Assembly (NCBI GenBank): GCA_950097015.1
Contig: CATNEN010000030.1
Span: 1,178,001-1,242,000 of the forward strand
DNA length: 64,000 nt
Direction: 5' to 3'
Origin: Macrostomum hystrix
Taxonomy: Eukaryota > Animalia > Platyhelminthes
The position numbers were made by a program, and so were the translations under genes. Positions 12,801 through 23,859 of the stretch are shown here, piece after piece. Within the stretch, counting starts at the first letter, position 1. Every line of letters starts with the position of its first letter. A model generated the notes under the pieces. That model did no database searches and was not told the DNA's origin. It saw only the letters and a list, made by a program, of their open reading frames with translations.

Positions 12801-15800
12801 TCGAAGTTCAAAATGGATGATTTAGCACACTCAGTCAAAATGCAGCTAACGAGTAACCAGTACTACTCGTTATCTCCAAAATGGTCCGTCACATGACCGA
12901 TGGTGAACAATGGCGAGCCATAGGCATGCTTGTCCGTCGTTCAAGCCACCGACGGACAGTCAGCCTCGGTGCACGTTTGGGCGGGGATCACGTTGAACGC
13001 CAAGACGGAGCTTGTCTTTCTGGACTCAAATGTAACGGCAGGCGTCTACGCTAATTTACTGCAAATGCATCTTCTGCCTTTTGTCAATGCTGAATTTGGC
13101 GGGATTCAGAACTGCATTCTCCGGGACGACAACGCCCCGCCGCACCGAGCTGCCGCTGTGGCTCAGCTGAAGGAGCAACTGAACTTGCGAACTCTGAGGT
13201 GGCCATCGCGATCACCTGACATGAATCCCATTGAGCATGTTTCGGATTTCATGAAACGCACCATCCAGCGTCAAATGTCCCGCCCCAGAATCTTGCGGAG
13301 CTACGCCATGCTATGACCAATGCATGGCAGCAGCTACCTCAGAATTTCTTGCGGCGCCTAATTTTGGGAATGCCACGCCGAGTTTCCGCTCTGGTTGAGG
13401 TTCGTGGTTGCTACACGCGCTATTGACAGTTTTGTATGAGTTCGCACATTAAGTTCGGCTTGTACTAGCAACATTTGTTATTTAATAACACACCCGAATT
13501 TCCATGTTACTGTCAGGTAGTTTGACTCTCTTTCTCTCTGGTTACGGAGTCGGGGTGGGTGAGCAGAGTGCATTGCGTCATTCGCGGTTTTTCACCTCTC
13601 TCTCAGGTGCATATTGCGTCATTTGTGGTATTGAGTTGAGATGAATCGTTTCTCTCGCTCTAGGGTGGCGGTTTTTAATGTTGCTGAGTGAAGATATTCG
13701 TCGAGATAGAAAATATGACGCATTGTTATTTCCTGTAACTATGACGCGTCTGATGACACTTCCTTTAAAATGAGCATCCACCTGACCATGACCCACCAGA
13801 TAGGGGCGAGTGGGTCAGCGGCTAGCGTCGCTGCCTCGCACTCCAATTGACGCTAGTTCGATTCTCCCTTTAAGTCACGATTAATTTCGGACTTGTTGGA
13901 GGGTTTGGACAGTAGCGACCGGTGGAGGTGCACCATATTTCGTGCAATCAAAGCTTGAAATAATAGCTTCGCTCCTACCATCTGTGTGCCTGTTCTGCTT
14001 TGTGTGAGTTGTGTGCGTTGGCGCTGGGGCGTGAGGCCTTGCGGGGGGTGGCTGGGGGCGGGTGTACACCGCCGCGCGCTTTCTGGATTTCCGTCAGCGC
14101 GATTGGATAAGTGTACACTCATCACCCGGCCCCCCTGAGGACTGATTTCTTATCAGCCTTCCCGGCTTGGTCTGCTCTATGCGTGTGGGGCTGGGGTGGG
14201 GGCACTGCTGCCTATTCTGGGTGCCTCCTGCCCTCCCCGGCTGGTCTGTGCTGCTGTGTGTGGTGCCTGCTCAGGGAGGCGGCGCGATGGGCGCTAAGCG
14301 CCTAGTTCGCCGGTCTGGGGGCGTGCCGCTCCGTCGCTTCTGCGACAAGTGCCCCGGGCCCCTGCATAATCTACCTGCAAATAGGTAGATAGAGACCCAC
14401 CAGATGGATCCTCCTTTAAAATTAACATCCACATGACTATGACTCACCTGATAAAACATCCTTCAAAATGAGCATCCACCTGATTATGACTCACCTGTTG
14501 AAAAAACACCTTCACCCTGACAGACACCGTTCGCCCGCACCCCAGAGGACGACATGGTCCAGGCCTACCAGCAGCTGCTATTCAAAAAGTGTGGCTGCTA
14601 CAGCCACGAAGTCCCAGTGAGAGCTGAGTTACCGGCCAATCAGCTGTGCTTCAACTTGTCAACCTCGCTGCAGGTGATGCTGAACGTGCTCAACCAAAAA
14701 TTAAACTGGAGCATCCAGTTTGAGAAACTGGAAACCTACAAGCCGATTGATCAGTTTAAAAGCGAAGACGACGTTCACGACAGCATCATGCCGGTGCTGC
14801 TGACCAGCCATCCCTTTCTAGACTCTGTCACCGCTGCCACCGAGCGGATGCTCTGCCACGAGACTCACTTCAAGGAGATTTGGCGACAGGCGCGCCAGGT
14901 GATTGGAAAATTCTATCAGTTGTCATCTACTCTGATATCAAAATGAGAGGGATTAGAGCTTCGGACCTCTGACTCGAATCGCAGCCTAGGGGAAGCAAGC
15001 TGTGTGACTTTAGCGCAGGGGTCGGCAAACTTATTTGCTAGCGGGCCAAAGAGAGAACCTAAAGGACGATAGCGTTGACTATAAATGTGAGATAAGGGAG
15101 AGATGAGACAGAGATCAGGAGAGGAGAGATGAGACAGGGCAGAGATGAGACAGGGGAGAGATGAGACAGGGGAGAGATCAAACAGGGGAGAGACGAGACA
15201 GGGGAGAGATGAGACTGGGGAGAGATGAGACACAGGAGAGATGAGACACAGGAGAGACGAGACAGGGGAGAGATGAGACAGGGGAGAGATGAGACAGGGG
15301 AGAGATGAGACAGGGAAGAGATGAGACAGGGGAGAGATGAGACAGGGGAGAGATGAGACTGGGGACAGATGAGACACAGGAGAGATGAGACACAGGAGAG
15401 ACGAGACAGGGGAGAGATGAGACAGGGGAGAGATGAGACAGGGAAGAGATGAGACAGGGAAGAGATGAGACTGGGGAGAGATGAGACTGGGGAGAGATGA
15501 GACAGTGGAGAGATGAGACAGGGGAGAGACGAGACAGGGGAGAGATGAGACAGGGGAGTGATGAGACAGTGGAGAGATGAGACAGGGGAGAGATGAGACA
15601 GGGGAGAGATGAGACAGGGGAGAGATGAGACAGGGGAGAGATGAGACAGGGGAGAGATGAGACAGGGGAGAGATGAGACAGGGGAGAGATGAGACAGGAT
15701 ACCTGATTTAGCGAGACACCAAACTCCCTGGTGCTACAGTTCACACAGCAGTAGAAGAGTGTGTTTCGGCTTCCCCGTTCCATGGACTGAACTGTGCTTT

Positions 15801-18800
15801 GAGCTGTGCGGCCAAGCCACGATGAGAACATCTTATCTTAGATTTTCTAGAAGAAAATAACTCGGATGTTGTTTTCAAACCACTACTTTAGAATCGCATC
15901 ATCAAAACACACTTTTGGCAGGCTATTTATTAGCGGCAAACAAGTTTCACAAGCGAGTTGGATTCACATTTTGAGTTCTGAAACAACTTCAGATAGATTA
16001 ATATGCTCAGACTGATAACATGAGGAATCCGAACACCCACCCCAGATGATGGAGTACCCGCCGAACTGTCATTATCGCGAGTACCTGACCTCCTACTCGG
16101 TGACTGATTGGCCAAGGCTCAAGGACATTCCCTACCTGATTGAGGAGGAGATACTGGCCAACCGGGAGAACAACTGCATGGTCAGGAAGAATCTGTTCGT
16201 GCACTTTGAAAGCCGAAGTGAGTGCTCGCTCTGACACAGTTTCTAAGAAAACTGCGCGGACCTATTTGATAATTTCCTCGACTCTAATTAGAGAAACTGA
16301 GCACTTCTGTAAAATTATGTAGAGAGAGAAAAAGACAGAGAGAGAAACACATGGGAGAGAGAAGTGAGGAGACAGGAGACAGAAGGTATGATGGAGGAGA
16401 GAGGAGAAAGATGAGGAGTGAGGGGGTGAGGAGAGAGAAGAGAGGAGAGAGGAGAGAGGAGAAAGAATATGAGTGAGGAGAGAGAAGAGGAGCGAGGGGT
16501 GAGGAGAGAGGAGACAGGAGAGAGGAGAGAGGAGTGGGGAGAGAGAAGAGGAGTGAGGGGTGAGGAGAGAGGAGAGAGGAGAGAGGAGAGAGAATTGAGG
16601 AGATAGAAGAGGAGTGAGGAGAGAGGAGAGAGGAGAGAGAAGAGAGAAGAGGAGTGAGGAGAGAGGAGATAGAAGAGGAGTGAGGAGTGAGGAGAGAGGA
16701 GAGGAGAGAGAAGAGAGAAGAGGAGTGAGGGGTGAGGAGAGAGGAGAGAGGAGAGAGAATTGAGGAGATAGAAGAGGAGTGAGGAGAGAGGAGAGAGGAG
16801 AGAGAATTGAGGAGATAGAAGAGGAGTGAGGAGAGAGGAGAGAGGAGAGAGAAGAGAGAAGAGGAGTGAGGAGAGAGGAGATAGAAGAGGAGTGAGGAGT
16901 GAGGAGAGAGGAGAGAGGAGAGAGAAGAGAGAAGAGGAGTGAGGGGTGAGGAGAGAGGAGAGAGGAGAGAGAATTGAGGAGATAGAAGAGGAGTGAGGAG
17001 AGAGGAGAGAGGAGAGAGAAGAGAGAAGAGGAGTGAGGAGAGAGGAGATAGAAGAGGAGTGAGGAGTGAGGAGAGAGGAGAGAGGAGAGAGAAGAGAGAA
17101 GAGGAGTGAGGGGTGAGGAGAGAGGAGAGAGGAGAGAGAATTGAGGAGATAGAAGAGGAGTGAGGAGAGAGGAGAGAGGAGAGAGAAGAGAGAAGAGGAG
17201 TGAGGAGAGAGGAGAGAGGAGAGAGGAGAGAGGAGTGGGGAGAGAGAAGAGGAGTGAGGGGTGAGGAGAGAGGAGAGGTGTGAGGGGTGATGAGAGAGGA
17301 GAGAGGAGAGAGAATTGAGGAGAGGAGTGAGGAGAGAGTATGAGTGAGGGGTGAGAGGGAGAGAAAAGAAGAAAGACCAAAATGATTTCATGGGAATTTC
17401 ATTTTGCTTGGAGTGGAGTGGGTTATATCTGTTGAATAAGGAAATGTTAGCATTTTAAGAAGTGTTTTGTTCGCATACGTATTCTTATGAGTTAGCTGGT
17501 GTATAAAAACACATGCAGAATAAAACAATATGGTATGCTAGGAAAGTGCTATTGAGGTGCAGTGAGTTGAGGCGGGAATTCAACTCCCGTGAGAATCGGT
17601 CAGCTCTGCCCAGCAACACGAATAAGTGACTGGGACTGGGAAGAATTTCGGCAGCTCTCGGCAGCAGGGCAGACTCACGGCTTTTCAAGCGGCTATTCAT
17701 CTCAACTCAATAATTGTTATTACGTGGTCCTCCTCGCGGTCTTAACAGGAGCCTACAGAGCTGGCACAGACACACTTAATTAATTACTGAGACTATAAAA
17801 CATTTTTAGGATGCATCAGCTCTATAGGATGTGTCACTAGTGACGGTGTCACTGCTGTGTGAGTGTGTACAGCATCTGTGATCATCAGTGGCTGTGTGTC
17901 ACTGCTGTGTGAGTGTGTACAGGATCTGTGATCATCAGTGGCTGTGAGTCATTGCTGTGTGAGTGTGTACAGCATCTGTGATCATCAGTGGCTGTGTGTC
18001 ACTGCTGTTTGAGTGTGTACAGCATCTGTGATCATCAGTGGCTGTGTGTCATTGCTGTGTGAGTGTGTACAGCATCTGTGATCATCAGTGGCTGTGTGTC
18101 ACTGCTGTGTGAGTGTGTACAGCATCTGTGATCATCAGTGGCTGTGTGTCATTGCTGTGTGAGTGTGTACAGGATCTGTGATCATCAGTGGCTGTGTGTC
18201 ACTGCTGTGTGAGTGTGTACAGCATCTGTGATCATCAGTGGCTGTGTGTCATTGCTGTGTGAGTGTGTACAGCATCTGTGATCATCAGTGGCTGTGTGTC
18301 ACTGCTGTGTGAGTGTGTACAGCATCTGTGATCATCAGTGGCTGTGTGTCACTGCTGTGTGAGTGTGCACAGCATCTGTGATCATCAGTGGCTGTGTCAT
18401 TGCTGTGTGAGTGTGTACAGCATCTGTGATCATCAGTGGCTGTGTGTCATTGAGTGTGTACAGCATCTGTGATCATCAGTGGCTGTGTGTCATTGAGTGT
18501 GTACAGGATCTGTGATCATCAGTGGCTGTGTGTCATTGCTGTGTGAGTGTGTACAGCATCTGTGATCATCAGTGGCTGTGTGTCACTGCTGTGTGAGTGT
18601 GTACAGCATCTGTGATCATCAGTGGCTGTGTGTCACTGCTGTGTGAGTGTGTACAGGATCTGTGATCATCAGTGGCTGTGTGTCATTGCTGTGTGAGTGT
18701 GTACAGCATCTGTGATCATCAGTGGCTGTGTCATTGCTGTGTGAGTGTGTACAGCATCTGTGATCATCAGTGGCTGTGTGTCACTGCTGTGTGAGTGTGT

Positions 18801-21800
18801 ACAGCATCTGTGATCATCAGTGGCTGTGTGTCATTGCTGTGTGAGTGTGTACAGGATCTGTGATCATCAGTGGCTGTGTGTCACTGCTGTGTGAGTGTGT
18901 ACAGCATCTGTGATCATCAGTGGCTGTGTGTCATTGCTGTGTGAGTGTGTACAGCATCTGTGATCATCAGTGGCTGTGTGTCACTGCTGTGTGAGTGTGT
19001 ACAGCATCTGTGATCATCAGTGGCTGTGTGTCACTGCTGTGTGAGTGTGCACAGCATCTGTGATCATCAGTGGCTGTGTCATTGCTGTGTGAGTGTGTAC
19101 AGCATCTGTGATCATCAGTGGCTGTGTGTCATTGAGTGTGTACAGCATCTGTGATCATCAGTGGCTGTGTGTCATTGAGTGTGTACAGGATCTGTGATCA
19201 TCAGTGACTGTGTGTCATTGCTGTGTGAGTGTGTACAGCATCTGTGATCATCAGTGGCTGTGTCATTGCTGTGTGAGTGTGTACAGCATCTGTGATCATC
19301 AGTGGCTGTGTCACTGCTGTGTGAGTGTGTACAGCATCTGTGATCATCAGTGGCTGTGTGTCACTGCTGTGTGAGTGTGTACAGCATCTGTGATCATCAG
19401 TGGCTGTGTGTCACTGCTGTGTGAGTGTGTACAGCATCTGTGATCATCAGTGGCTGTGTGTCACTGCTGTGTGAGTGTGTACAGGATCTGTGATCATCAG
19501 TGGCTGTGTGTCATTGCTGTGTGAGTGTGTACAGCATCTGTGATCATCAGTGGCTGTGTGTCATTGCTGTGTGAGTGTGTACAGCATCTGTGATCATCAG
19601 TGGCTGTGTGTCACTCCTGTGTGAGTGTGTACAGCATCTGTGCTACATCATTACTTTAAGTTAGTTTTATAGTATTTTGGTTCAATTTTCAGATATTTGA
19701 GTGGGAAGTACGACGTACAGTTTAAAGCATAACATTGAAGTAAGACCACATATCAATATTTGGGAAAGCAAATGTCACTGATTACACAACTAACTTCTCT
19801 AATACTTTGTGGCGTGTCCTTTCGACTTAATTACAGCTTGGCACCGCCTAGGCATGCTGTCCACCAGCTTCTTGCACACTTCTGGAGGGATGGTATCTCA
19901 CGAATGCTCAATGATACGGTACAGCTGGTCAGTGGAGGCTGGCTGCTGCCTCTGGATGTCCCGCTCAACCCAGTTCCATAGATTCTCAATCGGCTTGAGG
20001 TCTGGTGACTGCGCTAGCCAGTCCATGGTGCGGATGTTGTTCTCAGCACCTTGGAGGTGTGCTTGGGATCGTTGTCCTGCTGAAACTGCCAGCTGTTCAC
20101 TGCACTCAGTGGCAGTGCATCTACTGCCTCTGGTACGTGGCTGCTGAGGATGTCACGGTACTGCTGACTATCCATGATGCCCTCACTGCAAGTTATTGGC
20201 CCAGGTCCAGCTGCGGAGAACGCAGCCCACACAATGATACTGCCACCTCCATGCTTCACGGTACCAATGGTGCACCTGGGATCGAATTCCTCACCAGCTC
20301 GGCGGCGCACATACCGGCGGCCATCAGAACCGGTGCGGGATAACTTGCTCTCGTCACTCCAGATGACCTTGGTCCAGTCCCCTGGTGTCCAGCTGGCATG
20401 CTGCTTTGCCCAGTTGGATGAGTGCTTGCTGGATGCAGGTTTTTGACTTTCCCAGCTGCGTGGTCATGGCACGCTGAGAAACTCCTTGGTCAAACAGGGT
20501 CTTGATTTTCGTACATGACAGAGCTCGGCCTTTACCCATTCTAGGAATTTCAATATAGTTTTTGCTTGGAGTAGTATTGAATTTGATGCTTTGGAAGAAT
20601 CAGCAGGGTCACTTGTATAGCACATTTTAACCGAAATAATGAAGTGGTCTTATTAATCCGTGACTTTTCAAATTCTCAAGCGAGATAAGGGACTCCAATT
20701 AAACGTACTTTAATAAAAATATATAATTGACTACACCTGTCCCAATTGGGTCAGATGTGCAGCCGACAGCACAGCCGCAGCTATTGCGCGGCGCATCTGA
20801 TGGCTGCGTACGGCTGTTGTTGAACTGAAGCAATGCAGAGTTAAGTGTCTTGCTAAAGGACACAAATTGTTCCAGTGGAGTCGGGAATCGAACCCCCGAC
20901 CTTCAAGTCGTGAGTCCGACGCTCTAACCACTAGGCTACAACCTCTTAAACGTACTGAATGGCGACTAATTACCCAAGACCTCATTAATTAAATTGTTCG
21001 ATGCCATCATTATCTATAACTGTTTAGATTAAGATGCTCCCGCAATATGTGCAGGTTATAGGAGTAAAATAAAAGTTAACTTTTTTGTTAGGTGGTCTTA
21101 ATTAAGACAGACACACTACTGTCCAGAAAAGCCACAATATCAAAGTCTTTGACAGGGTCAACCGCCAGTTAAGTTCCGCATAAAAAAGGAAAGCCAGCTG
21201 TTTGTCAGCTAAACAAGCGAAGAATATCTACCATCCGTCATGTATCCAGCCAGTCTCTCCTGTCTCTCCGCCCAGAGAGTGAAACTGTTGGTGCGAGAAA
21301 AATTTCAATTTGGTGTCCAAGCGACTGAAACGAATAGGACTTCCCGGCTCAGTAACTAATCTGCCAAAACTATTTGACTTGTTGAATGTCAAATTGTATT
21401 GACAATTTCCGGTGCATTTTCAGCCTTTTTATAAATTATTCTGAGCCGACTATGCGAAACTGGTTTCTGAAACTGTGGAAGTCTGGTGCCATTTCTATAA
21501 TGATCATTTTCGATTCGACAACGAAAAGCACAAAAAGCTGCTTAGTGGAACTATGAGTATAATATGATTCTATCGCGCAGAAAATACTCAGCAGAATATT
21601 CTTAACTTAACCGGGACCCTCTTGTACACAGCCTTCTGCTCCCGGAACTTTCGTGTACACAGCCTTCTGCTCCCGGAACTTTCGTGTACACAGCCTTCTG
21701 CTCTCGGAACATTCCTGTACATATGCTGTGCTCCAGGGACGTTCCTGTACACAGCCTCAGCCCCAGGGACCCCTTTGTACACAGCCTCTACCCCCAACAC

Positions 21801-22203
21801 CATCCTGTACACATCCACCGGCTCCTTGACCCTCCTTTACACCGCAGGTTGCTCTCTTGCCTCACAGTGTCAAGCCTCTCGCACTCCCACTATAATTATC
21901 CTTCTCTCCCAACACAAAGGCAACTGGGTCACCACCGCCAAGCGAGTTCGCGAGAATGTCATCCGAGTCGTTGTCCGGCCAGTCAGCCTGAACTCGGATG
22001 TCTACTTCGAGGAGCAGAGCTACTCGGTCTGGCAGGTGGTCGGCGAACTAGGCGGTGTCCTGGGCCTCTGGTCCGGCTTGACATTCACGGGCATCTGCGA
22101 GCTGCTCGAACTACTAGCCGAGATGTCCTCCGGCCTGTTGGTCATCTTCGTGCAAAAGCTGCGCCGGCGACTGTCCGTTGTTGTCTCCGACAACCTGTGG
22201 TGA
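891..22203 (+). CDS. Degenerin/epithelial sodium channel (DEG/ENaC/ASIC family) subunit, 7 reconstructed exons; the upstream coding exon with the ATG is unresolved
   Basis: Exons: 891-1217 (alternative acceptor at 849), 6335-6715, 7225-7319, 11399-11647, 14524-14898, 16046-16217, 21920-22203. All are bounded by AG/GT with matching phases (1,1,0,0,0,1). Family motifs: TM1 RIYWCLLGLLASSFCIYHVV, FPDVTIC, IIRCKFEGRDC, WNCYTM, GIRVAIHE, KKCGC, YSVTDWP and TM2 GELGGVLGLWSGLTFTGICELLEL. Confidence 0.92.
1316..1490. repeat. 43-bp minisatellite, 4 copies
   Basis: Unit GATATGACTTGGGAGTGGGGTGGCTGCGGGAATGTGCGCAAGC. Confidence 0.93.
2701..3093. mobile_element. Non-autonomous hAT (Charlie-like) MITE with an internal 16-bp minisatellite
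   Basis: TIRs CAGGGGTAGGCAAACT / AGTTTGCCGACCCCTG and a perfect 8-bp TSD ACTTAGAC at 2693-2700 and 3094-3101. Confidence 0.92.
4538..4915 (+). mobile_element. tRNA-derived SINE family 1, full-length copy
   Basis: A-box TGGCAGAGCGG, B-box-like GAGCTCGATTT and a (TTA)n tail. Homologous copies lie at 6841-7137, 10915-11374, 30305-30882 and 47965-48060. Confidence 0.85.
5461..6236. repeat. Near-perfect 13-bp minisatellite, about 60 copies
   Basis: Unit CCCGGATCCCAAT. Confidence 0.98.
6841..7137 (-). mobile_element. SINE family 1, internally deleted copy
   Basis: Reverse complement of the 4538 copy from the head GGGGTGAGTGGCAGAGCGG to the (TTA)n tail. Confidence 0.85.
7797..7930. repeat. 32-bp tandem repeat, 4 copies
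   Basis: Unit GTTTTAGCTAGTGGGTTGTGGGCTTCCATGAT. Confidence 0.93.
8805..9205. repeat. 32-33-bp minisatellite, about 12 copies
   Basis: Unit AAAGTAGTCAGGTGACCTCCTCGGTAAAATTG. Confidence 0.93.
9690..10375. repeat. 13-bp minisatellite with an alternating 26-bp dimer structure
   Basis: GTCATTAAGGCGG alternates with GTCATTGAGATTA/GTCATTAAGGTTA. Confidence 0.93.
10915..11374. mobile_element. Two SINE family 1 copies in inverted, tail-to-tail orientation (about 10915-11140 + and 11165-11374 -)
   Basis: Shared blocks CTCTCGCAC...CCCTGAG.TC.ATT and TGTACAC...GTGTGAG.GTGTGCCTGCG occur on opposite strands. Confidence 0.7.
11665..12245. repeat. 23-bp minisatellite starting just after the channel exon 4 donor
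   Basis: Unit TACTGGTTCTCATGCTTCTCAAG. Confidence 0.95.
12665..13690 (+). mobile_element. Internally deleted Tc1 (DD34E) DNA transposon
   Basis: Long imperfect TIRs (TACTCAGCAACATTAAAAACCGCCACCCTAGAGCGAG and its reverse complement ending at 13690). The transposase remnant HVWAG...DDNAPPHR...WPSRSPDMNPIEHV has 34 residues between D and E. Confidence 0.88.
13802..14393 (+). mobile_element. 592-bp GC-rich tRNA-headed retroposon (SINE family 3) with a 12-bp TSD
   Basis: Head GGGGCGAGTGGGTCAGCGG...AGTTCGATTCTC. TSD GACCCACCAGAT at 13790-13801 and 14394-14405. It interrupts a local tandem repeat. Confidence 0.78.
15016..15705. mobile_element. Second copy of the hAT MITE, right arm deleted and internal minisatellite expanded, nested in an old SINE
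   Basis: The left ~70 bp are near-identical to the 2701 copy. It ends in CCTG. TSD CTTTAGCG (15008-15015) / ATTTAGCG (15706-15713). Confidence 0.8.
16320..17380. repeat. Polypurine (GA-rich) complex repeat
   Basis: Built from GAGGAGAGA/GAAGAGGAGTGAG modules; the + strand is almost all purine. Confidence 0.93.
17840..19640. repeat. 50-bp minisatellite, about 36 copies
   Basis: Unit ATCATCAGTGGCTGTGTGTCACTGCTGTGTGAGTGTGTACAGCATCTGTG. Confidence 0.97.
19716..20660 (-). mobile_element. Degenerate, frameshifted Tc1-like transposon
   Basis: Reading across frameshifts gives MGKGRALS..., WSDESK, TVKHGGGSIIVWAAFS, FQQDNDPKH, WLAQSPDLKPIENLWNW. The ends are approximate. Confidence 0.82.
20710..20945 (-). 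mobile_element. tRNA-derived SINE family 2 with an 11-bp TSD
   Basis: A-box TAGCCTAGTGG and B-box GGTTCGATTCC. TSD TTAAACGTACT at 20699-20709 and 20946-20956. Confidence 0.88.
21620..21850. repeat. Degenerating 31-bp minisatellite upstream of the last channel exon
   Basis: Unit GTACACAGCCTTCTGCTCCCGGAACTTTCGT. Confidence 0.85.
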
Positions 22204-22724
22204 ACTGGCGGTCACCAGCTCCAGTCGACGTCTCAATAACTTGCCCGCCTGCCTCCTGTCATCGCCGATACTTGGCCCGCCATTGCCTAGGCTCTTGATT
22301 TGGAGGTCGATCAGCGAATCATTTTGCTATTTTTATTCCTAGAAATCTGACTTTATTTAGTCTGGTGATTGATGCCATTTGTCACAACAGTGCCCGCATC
22401 CGAAATATCTCCGATACATTTTCATCGATAACTTCCTATTTAAAAAAATCCTTATTGACTGCCCGAGATCTAAAACCATCGATTCGAAATCCTTAAGACA
22501 GAGAAAAAACTCTGAACTCGTAAAATCGTGAAAAATAAATTTTCTTGACAAAATATCGTAATCTACGGTACTTAAATAACACGAGATGACCTAACCAATT
22601 AACTACATAGACTTTTCGGCCCCCTCCTATCTTTGCAGTGTAATTCCACAATATTAAATTTCGGGTTTATGACGCTTCTATATTTCGATAATTTGAATTT
22701 TCGTGTTTGTAAAAGCGCTCCCAC

Positions 22725-23130
22725 GAAATAAGGAGGGTTAGAGGGGGTTGGAGGTGACATGAGTGAGGACGGGCTAGAGGGTAAGAAATGGAAGGATGGG
22801 TGAGGAAAGAGAGGCGAACACCGAGCCAATCAGAGACGACGGAGAGAAGAAAGAAATAAAGATCAACAAGATATCGGGTTGGAGGGGGTTGGAGAGTGAC
22901 ATGAGTAAGGACGGGCTAGAGGGTAAGAAATGGAAGGATGGGTGAGGAAAGAGAGGCGAACACGGAGCCAATCAGAGACGGGGAGAGAAGAGAGAAATAA
23001 AGATCAACAAGATATCGGGTTGGAGGGGGCTGGAGAGTAATATTAGTGAGGACGGGCTAGAGGGTAAGAAATGGAAGGATGGGTGAGAAAAGAGAGGCGA
23101 ACACCGAGCCAATCAGAGACGAGGGAGAGA
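22725..23130. repeat. About 142-bp tandem repeat, 3 copies
   Basis: GACGGGCTAGAGGGTAAGAAATGGAAGGATGGGTGAG recurs at about 22768, 22910 and 23051. Confidence 0.88.
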
Positions 23131-23859
23131 AATGAAGGTCAAGTTAGAAGTTGAACAGGCAGTGGGAGTGAGTAGTTGAAACTACAATAAGAGTGCGGAT
23201 ACCTAAAAAATACAGAGCGGGGAAAGGGGCAAAATATTAACAACCCAAAAGAAAAATTCCAAAGCCGAACCCGTAGTTGAAAACCCGAGGAAAGAAATTC
23301 AAATCGCGAAACAAATTACAACATTTTGGAATTCGGAATTCTTAATTCGAAGCCGAAACCGAAGTCCCGATAATCAAAACTGAAATTCCAAAATTCAAAG
23401 AAGAAATTCATAGCCCGAGATATATTCAAGACAACTCGAAACCTACCCGAAAGCCAAATTTGAACTAAAAAACAGCAATTCGACTGAAATCTACCCGAAG
23501 CCGAAGGCAAGTTTGGGCACATGTGCCGCCGCTCATAAAAAAACTTTTAGCTTACCATAACAGATGCTCTTACGTCAATCTTCGAGCTCATTTAATTGCT
23601 AAGTAGCTTAATTCCTACAATTTTTCTTTTCTGCTTCGAGAAATGCGTAGAAAAAAATGCATAAAACGCGGCTCCAGTTCTGGAATCGAGAATTTTTTTC
23701 TGTCCGAAAGTCAATGTGTGCTCAATTGTCTGGCGGATAATTGAAGTAGGCGTTCAGCGAACTACAGAACAATGATATTTTTGGCCAGTGCTTGGCTAGG
23801 ACACCTGCCATGACTGACATTACACTGAGCTGTCATTTCCGAAAATGACCTTTCGACTT

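Noticed and set aside
14130-14170. Hammerhead-ribozyme-like CTGAGGA followed by a CTGAT/ATCAG stem
   Set aside because: The required GAAA after stem II is absent.
14420-14510. Donor-consensus CAGGTGAG motifs in antisense within several minisatellites (also 63600)
   Set aside because: Too few cases to distinguish from chance, and they are on the non-transcribed strand.
16262-17391. Ser/Leu/Pro-rich 358-372 aa ORFs
   Set aside because: Translation of a polypurine repeat; no domain and no splice support.
20860-20945. tRNA genes at the SINE heads (also 4538, 13802, 57200, 58018)
   Set aside because: They have A/B boxes but no complete acceptor or anticodon stems, and are followed by SINE bodies, tails and TSDs.
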